64,000 bases of DNA from assembly GCA_038087875.1 (NCBI GenBank), contig JAXLNO010001453.1, forward strand, positions 1 through 64,000. Direction: 5' to 3'. The translations under genes were made by a program, and so were the position numbers. The notes under the pieces are model-generated. The model was not told where the DNA came from, ran no database searches, and saw nothing but the letters and a program-made list of their open reading frames with translations. The stretch comes from Malacoraja senta (Eukaryota). Below, piece by piece: positions 13,781-26,269 of the stretch (position 1 is its first letter; every line of letters begins with the position of its first letter).

Positions 13781-14070
13781 AGAGATCCGCCGTGGAAACA
13801 GGCCCTTCGTCCCACAGAATCCGCGCTTACCAACGATCACCAACAGTAGCACTATCCTGCAAGCTAGAGACAAGTTACAATTTGCAGACGTTAAGAATAA
13901 ACTATATTTCTGTACGTATTTCTAGTCTGGGAGGTAATCGGAACACCCGGAGAAAACCTAGGCAGTCATCGGGAGAACTTGCAAAATCGCTACTGACAGC
14001 ACCATACTCAGGTTCTAATCCGGGTGTCTGACACTGCAAGGGAGCAACTCTACCGCTACGACACGATGCC
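13781..14070 (-). mobile_element. tRNA-derived SINE (HE1-like)
   Basis: Reverse complement of the ggcaccgtggcg..gaccc..cctga head and the gaagggcctgtttcc 3' end seen at 28395-28690. Confidence 0.75.
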
Positions 14071-14992
14071 GCCTAATTTAGTCCTACCCAGCTCAACCGA
14101 TCCTTTTTGCGTAGTCGCTCGAGGGAGTATAGTAGAGCTGTGATCTGGAACACCCTTCTAGTGAAGGGGTTGTCATGTTGCTGTTGTGGGGGAATAATCA
14201 GACTATAGCGATGCAGAGAAGTAATTCAGTACCGCCTCATTGAGCAAAAACAGTAATTACTGCTTTAAGGTATTTGCATATTTGTGCAGTCGCCCATTGG
14301 GAAAGGCACCAGGCGTATTTAGAGTGTTTAATTTTACTGCCCTCACGTGACTATCCATCAAGGGATTTACTTTAGCAGTTGCTGTAGCTACGCATCTGGT
14401 GTCCAGTGATATATCCAGCGACTCAGATCTGGATCACTCAGCAGGGCCCAATGGTGAACCACCCATCTATATTACTGGTAATCCGCCATATGCGGTAGTA
14501 TATTTTGGTTTATAGACTTCCTATTCTTCCCGAGTCCCGGACGATTTTGCTGCTATTAGTAAAGGTCAATCACTACCTGAAATTAGAAAGTCTGTCAGGG
14601 TGTCGGTAAAGTGTAATTGGTTAACGTAATTCTGACAATTCCGGGCCAGCCCATCCTCCATCCAGTGACACCCACGGTTCTATAATTAAAACAGATAATT
14701 CTGCAGTTATTAAACAGGTTATCCAGGACCGAGAGAAAGTGAAACAGAACAAACGTTTCAGATCTCTGGTCACATTTCCTATCCCGCTGCCAAGTGTCGT
14801 AAGAGCTCTTGTAATTCTCTGCAGCTATTGGCTAATGATATGGAAACGGATTCCGGAGAAGCAGCTCGCAGTTGGAAACAATCAAACCACCAGGACACCT
14901 GCACAGAATGAAAGCAAACCGACAACTGAGAGAGAACATTAAGGCAGGCACATCCAACCGCATCAGCGGAGCAGAGAGCAAGACAAAGGCGA

Positions 14993-15030
14993 TGTTTTTG
15001 TAAGGGTCTTAACTTGTTTCCATCACTGTG
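14993..15030 (-). other. V(D)J recombination signal sequence (23-type, 22-bp spacer)
   Basis: On the minus strand: heptamer CACAGTG (15024-15030), 22-bp spacer (15002-15023), nonamer ACAAAAACA (14993-15001), directly after TAT TAC TGC GCA CTG AGG CG. Confidence 0.95.
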
Positions 15031-15496
15031 CGCCTCAGTGCGCAGTAATAGACTGCAGAGTCGCTGAGATCCAGCCCTGAGATACTCAAACTGGTGAACT
15101 TAGTCGCTGTATTGAGCTCAATAGAGAAACGAGTATCAGCGTATTGGGCCTTATCTTCATTGTCGTTGGTGTCTCTCCACATAGTAAACTCGGGCTGCAT
15201 GCCTGGATATTGTCGGTACCATAATAAAGTATATCCACTCCATGTGGTATCATAGTTACAGGTTAAAGTCACCGCTTCTCCTTTTGTCTTCTTCGCCGTG
15301 TGCAGTGGCTGTGTGACAGATTCTCCGTGAATCATGACTGTAAAATAAATATATTGAGATAGTAACAGACACCGGAGTCTCATGAGATTGCACTTCTCAA
15401 AACCTGAATGAGAAAGGCGAGGGGAACTGAAAAATTTGATCCCGAATTACCTGTCAGAAACGCTCCCCACCCAACACAGATGCCGAGGAAACGCAT
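15031..15496 (-). CDS. TRAV/TRDV: T-cell receptor alpha/delta-type variable gene segment (leader exon 15451-15496, 113-bp intron, V exon 15031-15337), open frame
   Basis: Spliced product: MRFLGICVGWGAFLTVMIHG-ESVTQPLHTAKKTKGEAVTLTCNYDTTWSGYTLLWYRQYPGMQPEF...RFSIELNTATKFTSLSISGLDLSDSAVYYCALR. Phase-1 GT..AG intron, Cys23, Trp41, YYC104, and an RSS. Alpha versus delta cannot be told apart from the V alone. Confidence 0.93.
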
Positions 15497-15889
15497 TTTA
15501 CCCGTTCACTCTGTACTAGCAGCGTTCCAAACTTGAAGCGACACAAACTGGTGCGTTTTCTCAGTCAAAGAGCGGCTCCTGGTCACCGGATGTTCGCTGT
15601 CACTGCCCTGTGCCCCCAGTGATGGAGTCGGAGATGTGGGTGGGCAGCGGGGTCTCAGCCAATTGAAATACACGTAGCCGGAATCCAGCTTTGCCCCCGA
15701 GAGTAGCCGCATCCGCTTGAACAAACCGTGGTTGAGGAAGACATATTTGTTCTTGTAACCGGTAGTGAAGGTGCGAAGCCTGAGATTGTTAAACGGAACA
15801 ATAATAATGTGCATATTCACAAATGGAATAGATCGGGTAAACTCACAGAGTCTCTTGGCCAGATTAGGGTGATAGAGAAACAGAGAAAA

Positions 15890-16170
15890 TAGATTTAAGG
15901 TCAGTGGCGAGGAAGATTTAATAGAGACCAGAAGGGTAACTTTTTAATACAAAGGGGGCTTATGGAACGAGCTGCCGGAGGTAGTAGTTAAGGCAGGCAC
16001 AATCGCAAAGTTTAAGAAGAACGTTGACATGTGCATGGATAGAACATATGTTGAGGGATAGGGGCGAAACACATGCAGGTAGTACTAGTGTAGATGGAAC
16101 ATGTTGGCCGGTGTGGGCAAGTTGGGTCGAAAGGTGTGTTTGCGCGCTGTAAGACCCTATGATGCCTTGA
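15890..16170 (+). mobile_element. CR1 3'-end fragment
   Basis: tggaacgagctgccggag..aggcaggcacaatcgcaaagtttaagaaga..gacatgtgcatggataga, a typical CR1 3' end. Confidence 0.65.
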
Positions 16171-16589
16171 TTCTAAAAAACACAACAGTATTAACGGCAT
16201 CCGTCCAAAGGCGACAGTTGTACAGTCGTTTCGGCAGTGTCGAGAAAACAACAGTGTTAACGGCATCGTCCAAAGGCGACAGTTGTACAGTCGCTTCGGC
16301 AGTGTCGAGAAAAGGGGAGTTATTACGATGTTTTGATGTTTTAATTGAGAAATGCACGTGATTTCGATATGAAGTATATTACAAGCAAAGCCAGAAGGAT
16401 GTACAAGGAGACATTTTCAATCAATGTTTCCAGTTCCACTCTCCCTTCATCTGCCATGTTTTGGCATATGAAATTCATTCCTGAGGACCTCATCTCACCG
16501 AGTCCACGCCGACCACCGATGATCAGATCACTTTCGTTCCATGTTATTTCACTTTTCCATCTATTCCTTTCACACTTGGTGTATGCTTA

Positions 16590-16757
16590 CAGAGGCCAAT
16601 TAACACCTATTTGGGATACGGGAGGAAATCAGAGCACCTGGACGATACCGACACGGGCACAGCGAGACGGGAAAACTCCACTCAGACATCACCCGAGTAC
16701 AGGATTGATCCCGGGTTACTGAAGCTTTGAGTCAGCAGCTGCGCCACTGTGCCGACA
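16590..16757 (-). mobile_element. HE1-like SINE, partial
   Basis: aggccaattaac..ggaggaaatcagagcacc..ctgcgccactgtgccg is the reverse complement of the SINE head and body. Confidence 0.65.
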
Positions 16758-18269
16758 AAATATGTGAATTGTTTTTATAAAGCGTGCAGCTGGGTGATTG
16801 TTGAACTTTAACCACAGCTAGCCGGCAAAATAGGTTTGGAATTTCCATGAGTTGCAGCAGTATATCGCGTGGTTTGGTGATCTGCATTCTGCACACAGAC
16901 CACTGCTGCCTGGATTCGGTTCGTGGTCAGGGAGTATGGCGGGTTGTTTTCTGTCTCCAGTGGAAACACCATTAGACCGCGCAACGTTCACTCTGTGTAG
17001 TATCAGCGTCGCCGCCAGCACGTGAACAGTCAGCAGCTCACTAACATTTAAAATGATATACTTATGCAAAATACACAAACGTTATTGCGATTATTACCAT
17101 AATCGCGACAGGTTCAGGCGGCCAGGGGTTTCAGAGTCAAATTAATATTGAGATTCACATTCAAAATATATCTCCAAAATCAAAGAAAATATAAACTAAC
17201 AAGGGCCCACAAATCATCTTTTCCAATATGCTAACTATACAACGTGTTGTCCGTCATGTAAACAAACCACTGGATATTGGAAGATAATTCAAATGCACTC
17301 TCGCTCACTTGCTCGCGGAGTGGCGTGGATATCAGGGCAGTTGGGGAGGAGCAGCCATAAATTGAGATATAGCAACATTTGAGTGGGTCTTTACATGGAA
17401 ATGGTTCCGCCTTCACAGAACCCGACTATGGCAAAAACAAGTGCAATTGTTGTGAATTGTGGAACCAATCATAGTACGTCAAGTTTTTGTATTTCAAAAT
17501 ATATACTTTATTCGAGAAATAAATATATACAATACATGATCCTTACAAAACCCCATCCGACTTTCTCGGAGGCTAAACATACATTCAATACTGTTTACAC
17601 AAATTACACAATTTTACCTCCCACCTTAGGGGTCACAAGTAACATTAGAACATTTGCAGATGACACAAAGCTGGATGGCAGTGTGAACAGTGAGGAGGAT
17701 GCTGTGAGAATGACTTCGACAGGTTGGGTGAGTGGGCAGCTGCATGGCAGAAGCAATTTAATGTGGGTAAATGTGAGGTTAGCCACATAATTAATGTGAG
17801 GTTAGCCAAGTAATTCCACATCAATGTATTATCAATGCATTCCGATGATTTCGCCCTAATATCTGGAATAACGTCACATGCGGTCCCCCTGTCTGTTTTA
17901 TTAATAAAAACATCGCTCAAAATATAACTATTTGATCAAGGACATTCCTTGCTGATATTTATTTCTGGTCATTTGGCACGTTATACGTTAAATTTTCTTA
18001 TGATTTTCTTCCTGAAGTGCCAACAGGTGAAAGATATTAATGCCGCTGCTGTATCCAATTGTATTCACTCCCACCTAGACAGGTCCATGTGATTTACATC
18101 ATTTAGACCGCTGCACAGGAACCACTCTCGTTTGTTTTGAAGAGGAGCTCCAAGCGAAACCCAGGAAAATATTATTACTGGGTACATGTCAAGTGAATTC
18201 AACAGTGTCTGGTAAGAGCAGTAGAAAGGTAGAAAATACAATATTACATCGCAGCATGTGTTGATAAGT

Positions 18270-19160
18270 GATCACAAGCTCATAAGTGATAGGTGCAGAA
18301 TTAGGCCACTAGGCTCATCAAGCCTACTCCGCCATTGAATCATGGATGATCCATCTCTCCCCCCCCAACCCCATCTTCCTGCCTTCTCCCCATAACCGCT
18401 GACACTCGTACTAATCAATAATCCATCTATCTCTGCCTTAAATATATAAATTGACGGCTTCCACAGCCTGGTGTGGCAAAGAACTCCACAGATTCACCAC
18501 CCTTTAATTAAATAAATTCTTCCTCCTTCTTCCCAAAGGAACGCCATTCCATTTTGAGGCTATGGCCTATGGTCGAAGACTCTCCCTCTAGTGGAATCAT
18601 CCTCTCCACGTCCACTCTATGCAAACCTTTCACTATTCGATAAGTTTCAATGTGGACCCCCATGATGCTTCCAAACTCCCGCGAATGTCGTCAAACGCTC
18701 GTCATATTTTAACCGACTCATTTGCTGGGATCGTTGTTGTAAACGTACTCTGCACCCTATCATGAACTAGCAATTCCTTCCTCAGATATGGTACCCACAA
18801 TTGCTCACGATACTCCAAAAGCGACCTGACCAGTGCCTGATAGTGCCTCAGTATTGCATACCTGTTTTTTGTATTCTTGCCCTATTGAAATAAATGCTAG
18901 CATTCTGTTTGCCTTCCTTACTACCAGTCCGATTTACAAATTACCTGGTTTAGGAATCCTGCACTATCACTCTCAAGTCCCTTTGCACCTTCGATTTCTG
19001 GATTCTCTCTCCATTTTGGAAATGGTCTACGCTTTTATTCCTACTACGAAAATGCATGACTCCACACTTTGCTACTCAATATTCCATCTCCCACTTCTCT
19101 GCCCACACTCCCAAACTATCCAAGTCCTTATGTAAAGTTCCAGCTTTCTCTGCACTACCT
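18270..19160 (-). mobile_element. CR1 3' fragment(s)
   Basis: cataagtgatagg..ttaggccac tail region followed by antisense RT C-terminal sequence. Confidence 0.7.
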
Positions 19161-19181
19161 GTGTATGGAGCATGCTGCCAG

Positions 19182-20330
19182 AGACAATAGACAATAGACA
19201 ATAGGTAAAGGAGTAGGCCATTCGGCCCTTCGAGCCATTCAATGTGATCATGGCTGATCGTCTCAAATCAGTACCCCGTTCCTCCCTTCTCCCCATACCA
19301 CCTGATTCCGCTATCTTTAAGAGCCCTATCTAGCTCTCTCTTGAAAGTATCCAGAGAACCGGCCTCTATCGCCTTCTAAGGAAGATAATTCCACAGACTC
19401 ACAACTCTCTGTGAGAAAAATTGTTTCCTCGTCTCCGTTCTAAATGGCTTACCCCTTATTCTTAAACGGTGCCCCCTGGTTCGGGACTCCTCCAACATCG
19501 GGAACATGTTTCCTGCCTCTAGCGCGTCCAAAACCTTAATACTCTTGTATGTTTCAATAAGACCCCCTCTAATCCTTCTAAACTACAGAGTATACAAGCC
19601 CAGCCGCTCCGTTCTCTCAGCATATGATAGTCCCTCCATCCCGGGTATTAACGGTGCACTCCCTCAATAGCAAAAATGGCATTCCTCAAATTAGGGGACC
19701 AAAACTGCACAATACTCCAGATGTGGTCTCACTGGCACCCTGTACAAATGCAGAAGGACCCTTTGCTCCTATACTCGACTCCTCTTGTTATAAAGGCCAA
19801 CATGCCATTCCCTTTCTTCACTGCCTGCTGTACCTACATGCTTACTTTCATAGAATGATGAACAAGGACCCCCAGATCCCGTTGTACTTCCCCTTTTCCC
19901 AACTTGACGCCATTTAGATAGTAATATGCTTTCCTGTTTGTGATACCGAAGTGGATAACTTCACATTTATTCCCATTAAACTTCAACTGCCATGCATTTG
20001 CCCACTCCCCCAACCTGTCCAATTCATCCTGCATTCGCATAGCATCCTCGTCACAGTTCACACTGCCACCCAGCTTTGCGTCATCTGCAAATTTGCTAAT
20101 GTCACTTTGAATCCCTTCATCCAAATCATTTATATATATTGTAAATAGCTGCGGTCCCACCACAGAGTATAGTTGTACCCGACTTGTCACTGCCTGCCAT
20201 TCTGAAAGGGACCCGTTAATCCCTACTCTTTGTTTCCTATCTGCCAACCAATTTTCCATCCATGTCAGCGCTCTACCCCCAATACCATGTGCCATAATGT
20301 TGCCCATTAATCTCCTACGTGGGACCTTAT
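19182..20330 (-). mobile_element. CR1 3' portion
   Basis: (GACAATA)n tail; ORF 19834-20307 [41 protein letters not shown]. Confidence 0.85.
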
Positions 20331-22011
20331 CAAATGCGTAGGCAGGTGGGGTGTGCAGCCAGTCTTGATTATATTGCCTCTCGTGATAACGTTCAAAACT
20401 TGAAATGTCAACTCACAACATCGTTCGCTGCAGAGAAATAAAATATCCTGACCTATACAGTCTCTCTCGGAATTGAACGTCTCCAGTCCTGGCAAAATCT
20501 TTGTCATTAATAACCTGCCACTCGCCAGATTAATGGTATCATTGCTAACATATTGCAATCTGGACAACATTGCACGTGCGGTCTCGCCAACGTCCTATAC
20601 CAGATGGTTAAACTCCACTTATACCCAACTGCGTGCGACTCCGGAAGTGAAATAAACCCACACCTTAAGATGGCTGAGGGAATCAATATCCTTCAATCCC
20701 CATACAAATTGACTCGCATCGCTTGCAAGCCGATTGCTCATGAACAAAATGGAGAAAAGGCCCTGTTTCCGTGCTGTATAACATGCAACTACCACTTACA
20801 GTGAGAGTTGGTTGAATATACCTGCCTCTCCCGTGAGGAAGAGTTGGCGCTGCGTCCCCTTTAAATATTTACCGACTCATTTTAGACTCCTGCCCTCTTT
20901 TAGAGACCTATATCAGAGGAACAAAATAAAATACCTCCACTGATCATCACCTTGTCTTATTTTAACACTCTATAACTCCTCGAGGTCTTGTGCGCGAGGA
21001 ACCTCTGCATTATCAAGTCCATCTCACAATTTACAGCGTCCAATATGAGTATCATTCTTGTGAATAGAGTTGCATACTCCCTTGTTAAAATGGATTCTTA
21101 ATGAATTATTTCGAAAAATAATATCCCTCCTCCTGTGCTGTACTGCTCTGTGAAGGTTTTTCCTGTGAATTGCTTAGTTTGAGTGCACAAAACATGACAC
21201 TTCTTTCTTAGGTCATGACTTTCTTCAAAATGATCTATCCCCAAACATGTACCGCCGGTCAGATTCTCCTTAACCGATTCAGTCGGCTCTATCATCTTGC
21301 ATATCAACATTCTTGACATCTCCAACGGATCAATGCATTGAGATTATTTCGCCCTAATATCTGGAATAACATCAAAATCTATTCACCTCTCGTTTTATGA
21401 ATTAACACATTTCTTTCAAGATAACCTGTAGATCAAGAACATTTCTTGTCGATATTTATTTCTGGTCAGTTTCCACGTTACACATAATATTTGCACATCC
21501 TTTACTTCATGAAGTGCCAACAGTTGAAAGATAGTAATGCTGCTGTTGTAGCTGAATTGTATGAGATGTCGTCTAGAAGGTTCCTGTGACTTACATCATT
21601 TGGAACGCTGCCCAAGAATGATTCCCTTTTCTTTTGAAAAGGAGCTGCATGAGGAATCCAGGATCAAACTATTAATGGGTGCATGTTAATGAATGGAACA
21701 GTGTCTGAAAAATGCATTACAAATGCTACAAATAAAACACTATATTATATCGCAGATTGTGTTGATAAATGCTATATGACATGTATTTTGCTGCATCTTC
21801 GTGTCACACCTTTAAATTTAAAAATAGAATGTGCAGTCGTATCTTACATTTCCCTTGTGCGGTTGGTACTCAGCTGGTGCCTGAGTAGCAAACGATCGCA
21901 TAATGAGTTTGATCGCTTTGTATCACCAGGGAGCAACCTATTTGTTGAACGGTCCAAAACGGATGTCCGCGGGGAGGTGAACGCACGCTGTCCTTCACTT
22001 TTTTCTAGGAA

Positions 22012-22019
22012 TATAAATA
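22012..22019 (+). promoter_or_regulatory. Candidate TATA box of the GPCR gene
   Basis: TATAAATA about 75 bp upstream of the ATG at 22093, which sits in a strong Kozak context (gaaATGG). Confidence 0.4.
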
Positions 22020-22092
22020 TAGCGCGGTTTGACTTCTCACTTTGACTTCTGTAAGTTTTGAACGGCATAACTGGGTACGGCTTGACGGAGAA

Positions 22093-23946
22093 ATGGGTTG
22101 GAAGTGGAATTTGACAGCTGAATATTATTATTATCCAATTCTAGCAGCAATCGCAGTACCTGGTAGGTCAATGGAACGTGTATGCGGGACTGACTTGTGG
22201 GACGATGTGTTGATAAAGGCAATGTTAAAGGTAAAGTGCAAATAGTGTGCGAAACACGGGAATGCTGGACTGCATCCGTCGTCTATGGATTATCCTTGGT
22301 GATATTAACTCCGAGGAACTTGAAGTCCTCAACCACTTCCACTTCAGGAGCGTTGATGGTGACCGGTGATCCTTCGCTTTTCCTGAAATAGATAACTTGC
22401 TCCTTCGTCTGGTTGATACTGACGTTGAGATTGTTATTATCTAGAAAGTTGTGGGAGCAGTTACAGCCGAATTTGGCCGCGGGTCGTAAGTGTTTAGGGT
22501 GAAGTGTCGGGGACGGAGCAAACATCTTTATGGGGCACCGTTGTTGAGAATTATTGTGGATGGGGTGTTATCACTGATTATCACTGATTAAGGTATGTTC
22601 ATTAGAAAGTCGAGTATCCACTCGCAAGCTGGAGTGCTGATCGCGAGGCTCGGGAGTTTATCAATGTGTTCGGATGGGTGTAGTGTTGAAGGCAAGTGTT
22701 CCAGCGGAGAAATGGGAATCTAACGTTCGCCTCCTTCCTGCCTGGCTGTTACAGAGAAGGGTTTAGGTCCAGGACGATGGCGTCTGATGCTGAACTGCTG
22801 CTGCAATATGCAGTCTGCGGTTCATCAAAGGCGGCTGGGAGAGGGCTCACGCTACCTGCGTATACCGCTGATAGCTAATGCGCACATCTCCTTAGCACGC
22901 ACTGAGGGATTGCAAGCGGAGCAATCGTTTTCGACCAAATAAACAAAGCGTACCAAAAATTTACGCCCACCCCAAATTAGCATCGCGTTTCCCTTCCATG
23001 TAACGACAGTTTCCTCTTTTCCTCTCCCCCAGTGAACTTGTTGGCGATTGTGATCCTGTCGCGCAGAAATTGTGGTCTCTCAAAATGCACCACTCGTTAC
23101 CTGGTGGCCATGGCGGCGGTGGACCTCTCAGTGATTGTCTGCGAAGTGATATTACATCGGATTGCCGACGTTTACTGGTGGGACACATTCCTCTTCCACA
23201 ATACTGTGTGCAGGTGCATTATGTTCCTCGCTCCCGCCGCCGTTGCCTGTTCGGTTTGGCTCACGGTCGCTTTCACATTTGATCGCTTTGTGGCCATTTC
23301 CACTCAGAATCTGAGAACCAGATACTGCACCGAAAGAACCGCGGTGGTGGTTATAGTGACCCTAATTGCGTTGTTCTGTTTACAGAACGCTCCCTGGCCG
23401 TTTGCGTACACTTATTATCTCAGGGATCAGCAGGGTATACAGTGGGGTTGCCAAATACCATATCACTTTTATGTCCTGCCCTCGTGGATAGCATTTTCCT
23501 GGACTCAACAGCTGCTAATCCCAGTCATTCCATTTTGTTTGATTATGCTTATGAACATGCTCACTGTCAGACGCATTTTAGTGGCCAGTCGTGTCCGTAG
23601 AAAACTCCGCGATCTCAGTAGTGAGGACCCCGAAATCGCAAACCGCAGACGGTCCGTAATTTTACTCCTAGCAATTTCCAGCAGTTTTATGCTGCTCTGG
23701 AGCACAACTGTAGCATATTTTGTTTTCTATCGATGTACGAACGCATTTAGGTTCAGAGGGTTGAAGAACCCATTTGCAACATTTGAACAAACTGGAATTA
23801 TGCTACAACTGTTGAACACCTGCACAAACACGCTTATTTACACCGTGACCCAGAGGAGGTTCAGAGAGCAGCTGCTCCAGGTACTCATTTTCCCCTTCAC
23901 CCTAACTGTAAGTTTAATAAAACTGAGAAAACCTGGTGTAAAATAA
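22093..23946 (+). CDS. Intact two-exon class A GPCR, GPR139/GPR142-like (exon 1 22093-22162, exon 2 23033-23946; 327 aa)
   Basis: Exon 1 MGWKWNLTAEYYYYPILAAIAVP ends CCT G|gtaggt. Acceptor ctcccccag|TG gives V-NLLAIVILS. Seven hydrophobic segments, AVDL in TM2, TFDRFVAI (DRY), Cys at the top of TM3 and in ECL2, NTCTNTLIY in TM7, helix 8 FREQL, N-glycosylation site NLT. Confidence 0.9.
22255..22550 (-). mobile_element. Rex1/L2-like LINE fragment in the GPCR intron
   Basis: NNLNVSINQTKEQVIYFRKS..PVTIN..VEVVEDFKFLGVNIT. Confidence 0.7.
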
Positions 23947-25072
23947 CATTACAATAATAATCCCTTCGTGAGTGAGTGCAAAAACTATGTAATGAAGGAG
24001 TTTTCTCTGAAATCTTTCCGCATCAATTTTCAAAAAAATAGCTGAGAAATACAATCTGAACGCGTTCCCTGCATTGGAATGCACATTTGTCCATCTATTC
24101 AACATGCGACACAATAACTTGGGACAAAATTACTTTTCCTTCAGTCGTTTGTGCCAGTTTTGATATCCATTGGGATCAGTGTCCATTTGTGACGTGGCGC
24201 CACCTTCCACAGCAATCTTTTCTGAATCTGATTTACCAACAAACCCTCCATCCGTAGAATCCAGCCGCCACGCCTCCAAATGAATGGCAATAGCTCTACT
24301 ATTCCGGTCCTCGATTCTTCCCCATCATCACATTGCTCATGTAAGTACTCATTGATATAATGAGATTACAATGTACATTAAAGATTCACTCTTCACCAGT
24401 TGCATCCAACGGTAGCGGATGGTGTTTATTCAAGCAAGGGAATCTAATAATATTTTAAGGAAGCAGAGTCTAGTAGTCGGGGCGGTAAAGGGAGAAGGTT
24501 CGCTTTTCTGATTGGTCATAGTTACAAATTGGTCTGGCATGTATCTCCCACGCCACTACCACAGCGCAGACGCTGCAGTTCTGCAGAGGCTAAGAGAGTA
24601 GAATAAAAACAAGAGGAAAACGCTCGAAAGGAAGCTTCTCAGAATCGAGTGCACCTCAGGTAGGACTCCGCAGTTGGGCAGACATTGAGAAAAATGGAGA
24701 AGGCTTCCAATTAAAATGTAACTGATTACGAAGAATAAGGAATCTTTCAGCTGTTTGTGCCAGCTAAGATATTCACGAGGATCAGGGTTGAATGGTGACT
24801 TTTGTCTTGGCGGCAACGTCTGCACAAATCTTTCCATAACATAATTTACATTCCTTCATACTTTGAATGCAAGAGCAAGCCTTCAGCTCTCAATGGCAAT
24901 AGGTCCACAATTCCGTTCCTCAACCGTTCCATGCCCATCACACTTTTCTTTTTGTGGCCATCTATGATTTTCTATGTAAGTGCCCAGACCACAATTCTTG
25001 ATAACCTTCTTGGAGACTGCTTCTCCCACATTCGTGCAATAATATGTCTATACACACACATATATTCCATTT

Positions 25073-25378
25073 GGGGATACAGCGCGGAAACAGGCTCCTC
25101 GACACAGCGAGTCCGCGTTGATCAGCGATTTCTGCACATTAACACCATCCTACACATTGCGGATAATTTAACATTTTTACCGAAACCAATTAACCTACAA
25201 ACCGATACGTCTTTGGAGTATTCGAGGAAACCGGAGCACCCGGATAAAAGCCTACGGGGAGAACGGACAACGGGTCACGCGGATAACGGACAAACTCCGT
25301 GCAGGCAACTACAGTGGTCAGGATCAAATCCGGATCTCTGACGGTTTAGGACAGCATCACTGCCTCTGCGGCACCCCT
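25073..25378 (-). mobile_element. HE1-like SINE
   Basis: gatacagcgcggaaacagg..accaattaacctacaaacc..ggaaaccggagcacccgg, the reverse complement of the SINE. Confidence 0.75.
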
Positions 25379-25454
25379 GCGGGTTTGATAGTAAACAATG
25401 TTATGGAAAGATTTTTGCGGAAGGTGATGCCAAGTGACAAGTCATAAATCAACC

Positions 25455-25690
25455 TTGATCATACATAGTAATATATATAGTAATATATATAAATATAAAT
25501 ATTTTAAAAATATGTTAATACATATAAAAATAATTGTTATAATAATATATACAAATATAATAATATATACAAATAATATTAGGGAATACTATTTATTGTC
25601 AAACAAAACAGATATGGTTCGTACGAAATGTATAATTGTATATATTATTATTATATTTATTTTAATATATTTATATATATATTTAAATGG
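25455..25690. repeat. AT-rich low-complexity tract
   Basis: Degenerate TA/AAT-rich runs such as aatatatataaatataaat and ataatatatacaaat. Confidence 0.8.
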
Positions 25691-26269
25691 ATGGATGGAG
25701 ATATGAACAGAGGACATCGCATCAGGCGTTAAACAGATTAAATGCGTTTGGCGGAATGTCACAATTCTAGAATCGTTTTGGCATTACGAGAACGCACAGA
25801 AGGAAGAGCAGTTCTCAGCAAAGTGTGTGGAGGCTTCTCTGAACTGCTGACAAGAGTTCACTTCAAATGCTTCCAACTGACTCAGTAGATGTTTTTCTCA
25901 CATAGAAGACGGAATGTTGCACGAAAGCAAATATCTAATTTGCTCTGTGGGTATTACTTCCCCGATTTAATCAAATCCCTGCTTGCTTTTGTTTGCAATT
26001 GCAAAACAACACACTTCCCACATTATCTTCCGTGGCCCATGGACCGACCCTTTACCCAACCGTCCATTTACTGTTCTCTCTTGAGTCCTCCCTTCATCTT
26101 TGCAATCTCTGAGTATCGGCCATAACGCTGTTCCTACAATGTACGCTCTATTCGCTAACAAAATCAACCAAAGACTTAATTTTAAAGAAAAGAATCACAT
26201 GAGATAAGCGTTAGTGGGAATAGTAAGTTATCAGCAATGGTCTCTCCAACGTGCATCACTTTCCAATGA

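Larger units (their letters stand above)
1..15114. repeat. Segmental duplication, copy A (truncated by window start)
   Basis: Colinear with 49359-64000: ttgacaagcaatgcaacacc at 1 equals 49359, and the V FR3 ending at 15114 equals 64000. The same nested TE junctions and ORFs recur at an offset of ~49.36 kb falling to ~48.89 kb. Confidence 0.97.

Noticed and set aside
15595-15604. AGTGACAGCG upstream of the V as a TCR decamer/CRE-like promoter motif
   Set aside because: Only a partial match to the consensus; the position is plausible but not supportable.
22093-23946. Calling the receptor GPR139 itself
   Set aside because: Only family-level similarity and several local paralogues; orthology needs a phylogeny.
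24556-24837. Minus-strand ORF with YLSWHKQ and a CAV-like end as a V pseudogene
   Set aside because: No first Cys, no FR3 pattern in register and no RSS.
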